From NCBI GenBank assembly GCA_963514005.1, contig OY740804.1, positions 5,456,001 through 5,520,000 of the forward strand: a DNA stretch of 64,000 nt, read 5' to 3'. The position numbers and the translations under genes are program-made. The stretch's first letter is position 1, and each line of letters opens with the position of its first letter. The DNA is from Raja brachyura (lineage: Eukaryota). The notes under the pieces were generated by a model. That model was not told where the DNA came from. It did not search any database and was given only the letters and a program-made list of their open reading frames with translations. Shown one piece after another: positions 1 to 10,181 of this stretch.

Positions 1-950
1 GGTGATGTTTTGAGTCGTGACCCTTCTTCAGCCTGAGAGTCATGGGAAAGGGAGACAGAAGAGAAATGGAAGGGCAAGGTGTGAAAACTATTGATCAAAG
101 GTGAAAATATAAAAAGAAAATGTAGAATGGATCATTGTCAGCTGAATGGAAGGTGACAACAAGGCATACACTCATTAAAATATAATCAGGAAGACAGTGA
201 AACTAAATGGGAAACTAGGACGGGCGGGGTGGAGACAGGAGTAAAGCAAGGGTTACTTGAAGTCAATATTCAAACCGCTGGGTTGTAAGCAAAGCCGAAT
301 TATGAAGTGCTGTTCCTCCAATTTACGTGTGTCCTCACTCTGACAGTGGAGGAGGTCCAGGACAGAAAGGTGAGAAAAAGGGTCTCGACCCGAAACGTCG
401 CCTATCTCCTTCGCTCCTTGGATGCTGCTGCACCCGCTGAGTTTCTCCAGCTTTTTGTGCAACCCTCGATTCTCCAGCATCTGCAGTTCCTTCTTTAACA
501 CAAGGTGAGTTTGGGAATGGGAGGGGGAATTAAAGTGTTTAGCAATCGGGGAGTTGCGTAGGCCGAGGCAGACTGAGCGGAATTGTTCACCGAAGCGATC
601 GCCGAGTCTGCGCTTGGTCTCCCATCTACTATATCCACTTGTTCACGCCTGGAACAGCGGATATAGTAAATGAGGTTACAGAAGATGCAAGTGAACCTCT
701 GCCTCGCCCGAAAAGGTGCAGGGGAAGGTACCTGGGGAGGGGTTGGTTTGGGTGGGAAAGGACGAGTTGACCAGGGGGTTACGGGGTGAACTGTTTCTTC
801 GGAGAGCAGAAAGCGGTGGAGATGGAAAGATGTGGTTTGTTGTGGTATCCCGTTGAAGGTGGCGAAAATGTTGGAGGATTATGTGCTGTGTGCGACGGCT
901 GATGGGGCGAAAGATTAGGTTATCCTGCATACCACCAGGGTAAATGTCCG
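1..950 (-). mobile_element. Penelope-like element 3' fragment (C-terminal RT tail/GIY-YIG endonuclease plus terminal repeat), degenerate
   Basis: Minus strand reads ...HIILQHFRHLQRDTTTNHIFPSPPLSA... (ORF 676-1023), then RQRFTC..NLIYYIRCSR...GETKRRLGDRF (GIY-YIG-like). It runs into the terminal repeat containing CTGAAGAAGGG...AAAC at 1-35. Confidence 0.8.
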
Positions 951-1404
951 GGTGGAGATGCTGGCTGGCTGGCTGGCTGGCTGGCGGCGGTGGGTGGACA
1001 GGGGCTGCTGGGGGTGGGGGCACATTGACGGGGCAGAGGGCGCGCGGGGTGGGGAGGAAGTGACTGATACCTGAGGTGAGGGCAACACTTGTTTCTCACT
1101 GATCTGTCCCCCTCGGATTATTAGTTTGAGTGGGAATGCAAACCTCTGACAGGGTGACATTTCATACAGTTCAGAGGCAGGGAAATGTGCTGAGCGTCCC
1201 ACTTGAAGTGTGTGGCCGCTCAGTGGGACAGAGCCCGCACTGGGTGAGAGCAACATGAGTGGGGTTTCCCGACCCCCGCCCGCTCCCCGCAGGTCCCTGC
1301 ACTGCTGCGGAGCCTCGGGATATCGGTGCTGCCCTGAAACTTCCCGGAGAAAACATGGATCAGGCATTTCAGTGGAGAAATCAATCAATCGCTGCGAAAC
1401 GTAC

Positions 1405-1719
1405 CGTCAGATACTTGGAGATATACGGAAAACTTTGGATCCAAGGTAGTTGTATTAATTCCGCAGTTGTACCATCCCGTGTCTCCAGAGTGAAGATCCT
1501 CCACAGTCACAGTAAATATTCCTCGTGCCGGGTTATCTGTGATTGATGCTCTTCCACTCCGTCGGTGTTCCCCTTTTGTTTCCACTAAAACTCTACACTG
1601 GCGATCCCACCCGTGACACCAGTATTTTGTGTGTGAGCGGTACTCTGCTTCATAGTGACAATCGACTGTGACCGCTCTTCCCACAACTCCTTTTACATAT
1701 TTCTTTCCCCACAACGCAC
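1405..1719 (-). CDS. Gene A Ig V-domain exon (315 nt, phase 1-1)
   Basis: Within ORF 1385-1774; AG at 1721-1720, GT at 1404-1403. Confidence 0.92.
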
Positions 1720-3672
1720 CTGAAACGGAGAGGAAACATCTTGTGAAAATGAACAGGAAGAATCGGGTGAACATTCGGAATGATCAGGGGTGCGCTGGAC
1801 AACATTCATCCCCCCACCAACACTGGACCAGATCATCCATCGCTGCACGGACTTGCCCTCGTTTCAATTGGAAGCGTCTCTGCCATCTCCAACCCAGTGG
1901 TAGGGAACAACATCTCATATTTCCCATCGGCAGATTACACCCCAATGGTATGAGTATTAATATCTCTTACTTCAAGTAAACCTTGCATCCCCTCTCTGTC
2001 CATCCCTCTCCCACCCAAGTTGTACCAGCTTCTTGTTGAATCTCATTGCCTGTAACTAGTTCTCACTTACTACACAGCTAGCAATGGCCTGTTTCCTTTA
2101 TCATTGTTACTTTTTGCATATCTTTCATTCATTTGTTCTATATCTCTCTACACAACCGTCTATATCTCTCGTTTCCCTTTCCCCTGACTCTCAGTCTGTA
2201 GAAGGGTCTATATCTCGAAACGGCACCTATTCCTTAGCTCCATAGATGCTGTCTGACCAGCTGAGTTATTCCTGTTTTTGTGTCTATCTTCCAAACGGAC
2301 ATTGTCTCTTCTGCCCCCTCAGCATTGCCGGCGTTTCTGTCGCTGTCACGCTGCTGGGAGCGGCATCTCCCGGTCTTTGTGTCGGCTGGTGGCTTCCCAG
2401 AAGATCTAGCAGTTGTGACTGGAAGGAGACCGCAGAGTACAATATTCGGCAAATTACCTCACTTCAGCTACCAACTAAATGGGTCGCTTTAATGACCTAG
2501 TAAGAATATGAGTCAAAGATAAAATATGGGAATCTGGATCTCACTCACAATCAGCATCACAACAGCTTCAGGATGAAGGTTGGGCCTTGCTGAATTAGAC
2601 AAAAGCACAACAGAGGCAAAACAAAATGAGAAGTAAATGGTTACTTATTGCGAGAGCGCTGTTGACCAACACTCTAGCCACGAGGATTAGAGAACTACAA
2701 ATAACCGGCAAAATTTAAAAAAACAAACGAACGTGGTGTTAATTTGAGAATATCTAAGCGTAATTTACGTTCTGCTATCAGTGAGAACTGAAGTGCAGTA
2801 ACTAGATCTATGACAATTATAGGGGTGCGTTTGCGCTTTGATGTTACTTCGGCTTACGCGGGGGTGAGGCGACTTTTCGGGAGATGGTCCAAGGAGGGAC
2901 GACTAATTTAGGCAACTAAAGAACGGCGCTCCCTCTACCCACTCACCCCCAACCCCCCCCCCCCCCTCCATCTTCCCAGTGCCCCTCCCCAGCACCCCGC
3001 ACTCCAAACTGGATACATATAAACATAGGCGCAGGAGTAGGCCATTCGGCCCTTCGGGTCAGCACAGCCATTCAATATGATCATGGCTGATCATCTAAAG
3101 TCTGTACCCCTATCCAGCTTTTCCCCCATATCCCTTGATTCTGTTAGCCCTTCGAGTTAAATTGAACTCTCTTCAAAACAACCACTGCCTTGTGTGACAG
3201 AAAATTCCACAGATTCACAACTCTCGGGGTCCAAACGTTTTTCCTGGTATCAGTCCTAAATGTCCTAACGATGCATATCGGTTCCTCCCAGTAAGTTGAA
3301 GATACGTTAGCAATGATTTCTTAGTTTAGTTTAGTTGAGAGAATTCGGCCGACGGAGTACGCGCCCGACCAGCGATCCCCGCACATTAACACTGTCCTAC
3401 ACATCCTCCGGCAATTAGAATCGAACCCGTGTCTTTGGTGTTTGTAAGGCAGCAACTCTACCGCTGCACCACAGTGCCCAGCCGTACAACGGTGTTGATA
3501 CGAGAATACATGTCAATACTGTTCAGTTACATTTGCTGGGTGTTTTGTACATTTACACTCCATATATGTCAGCCATCTCTGCTGTGAAAACTAACACTGG
3601 TTATCAGAAGGTTCAGCTCTATCTCTGTCACTCACCGGGTAGGGAACAAACGATAAGAATTGGAATCCACAT
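1405..3672 (-). CDS. Gene A: CD300/pIgR-like (MDIR-type) Ig V-set receptor, 5' part (signal exon 3672-3636, V exon 1719-1405); remaining exons lie left of the window
   Basis: ATG at 3672 gives MWIPILIVCSLP+G|gtgagt. The phase-1 exon cag|GTGCG...GACG|gtac encodes ALWGKKYVKGVVGRAVTVDCHY..KYWCHGWDRQC..DLHSGDTGWYNC: V-set B/F cysteines, W, DxGxYxC and the extra C-C' cysteine pair typical of CD300/pIgR/TREM. Confidence 0.9.
3636..3672 (-). CDS. Gene A signal-peptide exon (37 nt)
   Basis: MWIPILIVCSLP followed by gtgagt donor; same length as, and homologous to, gene C exon 1. Confidence 0.88.
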
Positions 3673-6600
3673 TGTTTTCTTCACGGAGACCAGTCCAACG
3701 CTTGTCCGTCGCTCAGTGTAATATGAATGGGGAAGGGGGAAAAAGGAATCTGGGTTGTGAAACCGCTGGACACCAAATGTAAATATCACACGTATGTACT
3801 TGACGTCCTCTCAGCTCAATTTTACAAATTGATCTCTTTGCATTTCCATTGCATGTCGGAAATAGTTCAGTTTGGTTTAGTTTAGATATGCAGCGCGTAA
3901 ACCTGGCCTTCGGCCCACCGAGTCCACGCCGACCAGCGACCCCCCGCACGTTACACACGCGTTGTGTGCCGGGCTTGCTTCAGGTGCGATCATTCGTGCG
4001 TCTGGTACCAAGGTCAGGACATGTTCTGCCTCGCCTGGAAAGATCCGACATCTTCGCGGCTTCCCACTCTGACACGAGAAGGCAAGTTGTGTTTCGAGGT
4101 TTCCACGCTGATACAGTCGGCTGCTAGTAACGTGTAAACCAATACAACTCTTCTCCCATTGGCATTGTTCCACAGAGTGTGTTGGGTGCTTTGAATGTAC
4201 TGCCAGAAGTGGCGGTGGAGACAGACACAAGAATGGCTTTTAAGAGCCACATGGATCTGCAGGGAATGAAAGGATATAGATCATGTGCAGACAGAGGAGA
4301 TTGGTTTAACCCGGCAATTTTCTCCGGGAGCTCAGGTTTCCACCCACATCCAAAGGCGTACCGGTTTATAGGTAAATAGGCTTCGGTAAAAAAATTAAAT
4401 TGTCCCTCGTGTGTAGGATAGTGCTAGTGTACGGGGTGCTGGCTAGTCGGCGTGGAGTCGGTGGGCCTAAGGGCCTGTTTCCGCGCTGTTTCCCAAAGTC
4501 TAAAAGTGTAAAGCCAGCTGGTGGCCGCTCTTCCCGCCTCTGTGGACTTTCCCATCATACAGTAGCTATTTCTGTGCTTCTCTCCCACGCACTTCCTGGT
4601 CATTTCCGACTAGAAGCAGTTTGGTTTAATGCCATAGAGTCATACAGCACAGTAACAGGGCCTTTGACCCAACGTCCATGCTGACCAAGATGCCCCATCT
4701 AAGCTCGTCCCATTTGCCCACATTTGGCTCATATCCCTCTAAATCTTGTTCAGATATCTATTGCCAGCCCAAGTTGGGCCGAAGGGCCTGTTTCCATGCT
4801 GTATGATTCTAGGACTCTGTACCAACATGAAATGTCACATATCCATTTTCTCCAGAGATGCTGCATGTCCCACTGAGTTACTGCAGCATTTTATGTTTAT
4901 CTTTGGTATCCACCAGCATCCTTTTTATTACATTCCCTCTAAACCTTTTCTTTCCTTTCTTACAACGGGTCTCAGTAATAGAACTCTGTTGTAACTTGGG
5001 GACTTGCATGATTACTTTGATAGGGCTTACAATGAAGACCACATTTGATGCTGTAGCCATTGACCCTAGGACATATGAGCAGAAATAGGTCATTTGGCCC
5101 ATCAAGTCTACTTCGCCATCACCCAACCTTTTACCAGAGATGTTGCCTGACCCATTGAGTTACTCCAGCACTTTATGTCTATCTTCAACTTACAAACTTG
5201 CACGTCTTTGGGATTACAATGGTTGCTGTCTGCATAGCATTTGTATGTTCGCCCTGTGACCGCATGGGTTTTCTCAGGTTGCTCTGGTTTCCTCCCACAT
5301 TCCAAATACATGCAGGCTTGTAGGTTAATTGGTTTCTGTAAATCGGTGTGTAGGATAGAATTATTGTGCAAGATAGAATGGGTGATCACTGGTCAGTGCA
5401 GACACGGAGGGCCGAAGGGCCTGTTTCCATGAGGTATCTTTAAGCATAAATACAGAGTGTAGAATATAGTTCTCAGCATAGTAACACATCAGTTCCATAT
5501 ACAAAGTCCAATGTCTACCATGGGGTAGAGGTGAATTTGACAGTACCCTTGTTTATGTAAGTGCCATTAATGTTAAAGCAAGACTGAGCATTGAATGATT
5601 AAACCTTGCTTCTATTTCTTATGTTCTGAGTCATCAAGTCATGCTTCCAACTCATCAGTTCAAGTCACGCACCATACTGATTTCAAAATATATCGTTGGT
5701 GGTGTCTGAGTCTGGAACACACTGCCCAATTGTGGTGGAACCCATGCCAGGATAGCAATGGTTCAAGGAGGCAGCTAACAGCCACTTCAACAAGGGCAGT
5801 AAGGAATGGGCAATATGCACATGCCTTGTCAGCAACACTACAACCCCCAAATTCAGATGGGGACGAAGTTCACGTTTTCTCAAGTCTGCAATAGTTTTAG
5901 AAAGTAGTGTGCAGAAGTCGTGACAGTTAAAAAACAAATCTCATGAGTGTGGTAATTTTTTCAACAAAATAGATTTTACCACACTTACAGTTTTTTTTTA
6001 ATCACGAGCATTCAGAGACTGCTTTATTGACAAACAAGTAATTTTGCAAACATGGCTGGTTTTCATCAAACCAAGACCAAATAAGGTGCAAATAAAATGT
6101 TGCGTTCATGCATAATTGTGAAATTAATTGCCTCAAAGCACCAGGATATGCGGGTTTGATCCGGACCTGGGTTTCTGATTGTGTGGATTTTGCAGGATGA
6201 CCCCCTATGTTTACTCCGGGTGCTCCGACCCCCTCCTACTTCCTAAAGATGTACAGGTTTGTAGATTAATTGGCCTCAGTAGATGGGGAAAGTGGAATAA
6301 CATGTTTGTGTGAATGGTGGTCAATGGTTGGTGTGGACTTGATGGGCCGAAGGGCCTGTTTCCATGCTTTATCTCTCAACTAAACTAAACTAGTTCCTGA
6401 CACTGAGCTTTAGCAACCTGCAGTGTACATTGGCTACTTGAGCTGTGTACACAAAATGGTTTCTGATCTTTGGTTCAAAGAATGAGGAATTGGTTTTGAC
6501 TTCCCAAAATAACCAACCCAGCTGTTAATGCTATGTGACATTCATAAATAGTTCCCTATTTCATGTAATTCTGTGCAAATCTCCTCACATCTCAGCTGGA

Positions 6601-6689
6601 ATATTGGAGAATTCTCAGGGGATTTGCCATTGTTGTGTCGCAAGCAATCAGGAGAAACACCAAAGGTTTAACGGTCGAAATTACACAGG

Positions 6690-7030
6690 GTCTCACAATG
6701 GCACAGTGGTAGACTTTGTTCCTCGCAGCGCCAGAGATCCATGCGTGATCCTGACTATGGGTGCTGTCCATACGGCATTTGTCCATTCTCTCCGTGACCA
6801 GTGTGCGTTTTGTCCGGGATCTCCGGTTTCCTCCCACACTCCAAAGACGTACAGGTTTTTAGGTTAATTGTCTTGGTATAATTGTAAATTGTCCCTAGTG
6901 TGTGTAGGATAGTGCTAGTGTGTGGGGATTGCTGGTTAGTGCGGACTAGGTGGCCGAAGGGCCTGCTTCCATGCTGTATCTCGAAACTAAACTAAACTAC
7001 ACTCAATTGAACTAAACTAAACTAAATTAA
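6690..7030 (+). mobile_element. tRNA-derived V-SINE (HE1-like) with CR1-derived 3' end; representative of many copies (e.g. 10270-10560 -, 16790-17045 -, 20200-20485 -, 21140-21430 +, 40370-40660 -, 41455-41720 +, 51120-51395 -, 54910-55200 +)
   Basis: A/B-box-like head (tggcacagtggtag...gatcctgact), conserved core ccggtttcctcccacactccaaagacgtacagg, tail ggccgaagggcctg...(aaact)n. Confidence 0.8.
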
Positions 7031-7537
7031 ACTTTACACATAATGAAAACACAATGGCTGAAAAAATGGCTATTCAATTGACAACACAGAAAGCTGATAA
7101 ATCAGTGCTTTGACAAAATATCGTCTGTTGTTACCTCTTCTGTAAAAGCTAGTCATAGCTATCACTGTTATGAACAAACGTGAACATTCTCAGTCCAGAA
7201 AATACACTCAGTGTGAAGCTTCACACTTCAGCACATATGTAATGGAGGAAGAAGTAGCTGGGACAGGCACAGCTGTGACAAAGTTCCTCCCACATTCATT
7301 GCAACCAAAGTGAAGCACAAGATGAGGAAATTCAACAGTTTCAAGACATTTTAGGCAACGGAGGCCAGCTGGAACAAACTTTGAGGTTCATGTTGAACAA
7401 ACTGACAGTGGGTAGATATAATTGAAGTAAAATCACTTGGTGACCAGTTTGAACAGCTTTTCTTTAGAGGCTGATTTCCCCCCTCCCACTTTCTGCTTAG
7501 CAGCCTGCAGTCATGGGTTTAACAGAGATTATTCTAG

Positions 7538-8095
7538 TTCAAGTTCAAGTTCACATTTATTGTCACATGCACCAATTAAGGTACAGCGATATTTGAGTTA
7601 CTATACAGCCTTACAAGTAAGAATAACACCATACACAATAGAATTTAACATAAACATCCACCACAGTGGGATCAGCTTTCTTCACTGTGATGGAAGGCAA
7701 TAAAGTTCAGTCATCTTCCCCCTTTGTTCACCCGTGGTCAGGGTCTTGAACCCTCCGCAGTCGCCGCTACAGATGTTCAGGCCCTCTCGTCGTGACGATC
7801 AAAGCTCCGATGTCGGAATGGATCAGGATATACTCCGTGGCTTGGAGTTCCCGAATCAGCTGCTTCTTACCGGAGACCGCGGCTTCACGATGTTAAAGTC
7901 CACAGGCCCCGCGGTCGGAGCTCCAACATTGGTGATCCTTGGCAAAGGATCGCAGCTCCGCGATGTTAAAGTCCACGCCGCAGCCGCGGCTAGAAGCTCC
8001 GCAGACCGCTGCTCCATGATGTTAAAGTCAACAGGCACCCGCAGTCGGAGCTCCAACACTGGCGATCCTGGGCAAAGGATGCTATCGCCCGCTCG
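7538..8095 (-). repeat. CpG-rich non-autonomous retroelement with internal GATGTTAAAGTC..GGAGCTCC repeats and (CTTGAA)n tail; related copies at ~21950-22450 (+) and ~28520-29310 (+)
   Basis: Shared 3' segment (attgccttccatcacagtg...atccactgtg...catgtgacaataaa) in all three copies. Confidence 0.6.
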
Positions 8096-9000
8096 GTGGT
8101 GACTCTTTGTGCAATACTTTGCCACAGAAGGCTGTGGAGGCCAAGTCAATGGATATTTTTATGGCAGAGACAGATAGATTCTTGATTAGTACAGGTGTCA
8201 GAGGTTATGGGGAGAAGGCAGAAGAATGGGATAAGGAGGGAGAGATAGATCAGTCATGATTGAATGGCAAGGTAGACTTGATGGGCTGAATGGCATAATT
8301 CTGTTCCTATCACTTATGACCTTATGACCTTATACCTCGGTACATGTGACAATAAACTAAACTGAACTGAGAAAAAAAGTTTCTCCTTCTATTGGGGAGC
8401 AGTGACCTTGAAAGGGAACTAATGCTTTGAGAGCACAGTATTTACACCAGATCAGTCGGCCAGTCGATGGCATGTGTGTGATCAACAGGAATACATTGAG
8501 GATAGCCCTTGTTCTTCAGTTCACTGGATGGTTTTCAGTGTTGAAAGAACTGATGAGTTATGGGTCAGTGGTGCAGGGTAACAGACCACTCCTGCCCTGG
8601 AAGGCAAAGAATGAAAGACAATTTGCATCTTACAAAACAGAATTGAGTCTTTGTGTCCTGCAAATTTGTACTTGGCAATCATCATTAGACACACATGCTG
8701 AACAAAAGGAATAAAATTCTAGAACTCCAAAATCCCCGACAGGTTGGGCAACCGGCAGCTCACCTGTAACTCCCTGTAAATTGTCCCTAGTGTGCAGGAT
8801 AGAACTTGTGCAAAAGAGAAGAAAACTACCGATTTATCAGTATATTTAGGTTCAGGTTAGACATACAGCAAAGAAACAGGTCCTTCGGCCCACCCAGTAC
8901 ACGCCAACCAGCGATCCCCGCGCACTAACACTATCCTACACACACTAAGGACAATTTACAATAAGGACATGGGGCGAACTCCGTACAGGCAGCACCCATA

Positions 9001-9155
9001 TTGTTTCTTGGTGTTTGCACTGGTCATTGTTTGTCTCGAGAGTTGGGGGAGAATGTGGGAATGAAGGATTATTTTTTATACGGTTTCAGAATCAAGGGGA
9101 ATATTATAGAACATGTAAAAGTGTACAATATGTGGTAGAGAATCAACATGTTGGA
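9001..9155. repeat. Left arm of an inverted repeat pairing with 10799-11024
   Basis: ttgtttcttggt...aatcaacatgttgga is the reverse complement of tccaacatgttgatt...accaagaaacaa. Confidence 0.85.
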
Positions 9156-10071
9156 TTGCTCATAAAGGATCATAAAGGACCCACAAAGGAACAAACCCGG
9201 GTCTCTGGCGCTGTGAGGCAGCAGCTCTACCGATGCGTCACTGTGCCACCCCACAAGGAATATGTAACTACAAGGAACTGCAGATGCAGGCTTATCCCAA
9301 AGAAAGTTCATGTTCATAAGTCATAGGAACAGAATTAGGCCATTTGGTCCATTGAGTCTATTCTGCCGTTCAGTCATGAATAATCTATCTTTCCCTCTCA
9401 ACCCCATTCTCCTGCCTTCTCCGCGTGACCCTTGACCCTTGTACTAATCAAGAACCTGTCAATCTCTGCTGGATATTCCTTACTATCGCCTGACACGATG
9501 GACTGAAAAGGAGGAAAGGACACTTAATTTTTATTAATTCTTAGAAATAGTTATAAAAGGTGTCAGGGGTTATGGGCAGAGAGTAGGAGAATGGGATTAA
9601 GAGGGACAAATCAGGGATGTGAGGGGGGGAGGGGGAAATCGGAGCACCACGTAATCACAGGGAGAATGTGCAAACTCCACACAGAGAGCACCTGAGCTCA
9701 GGATCAATCCCAGGTTTCTGGCAAGTGAGGCAACAACTTTACCCTTGCAGAGATTGCTTTTACACTCTGGGTGTCAGGGGTTATGGGGAGAAGGCAGGAG
9801 AATGGGGTTAGGAGGGGGAGATAGATCAGCCACGATCGAATGGTGGAGTAGACTTGATGGGCCGAATGACCTAATTCTGCTCCTATCACTTATGAACTTA
9901 TTAACTAAATTCCCAGCAAGTTGTTCCCTCATCTGTCTGAAGGAAGGTTCTGACCTGAAACATCCCCTATCCATCCCTTCCACAGATGCTGCCTGACCTA
10001 CTGAGTTACTCCAATGTGTTGTCAATGTTGAATTTAAAGATGCAGGAAGAGGTGAATAAAATAATTCTTAC

Positions 10072-10181
10072 CTGTTTTCTTTGCCTACATTCTCGCGGTC
10101 ACAATACCCCAGACAAGCAGAATGGCAAGGAATATCCAACGCATAATGTTCCATATGCGATTGTAGTTAGTATTATGTTTC
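10072..10181 (-). CDS. Gene B transmembrane exon (stop TAG at 10087-10085, donor after 10072)
   Basis: cctctttcctcttag acceptor; encodes IWNIMRWIFLAILLVWGIVTARM*; CAG|gtaag donor 13 nt after the stop. Confidence 0.88.

Noticed and set aside
915-1388. 157-aa ORF, similar to ORF 45654-46073, as a second Ig domain
   Set aside because: No Ig motifs or splice sites and an indel between copies; it is the conserved intron block.
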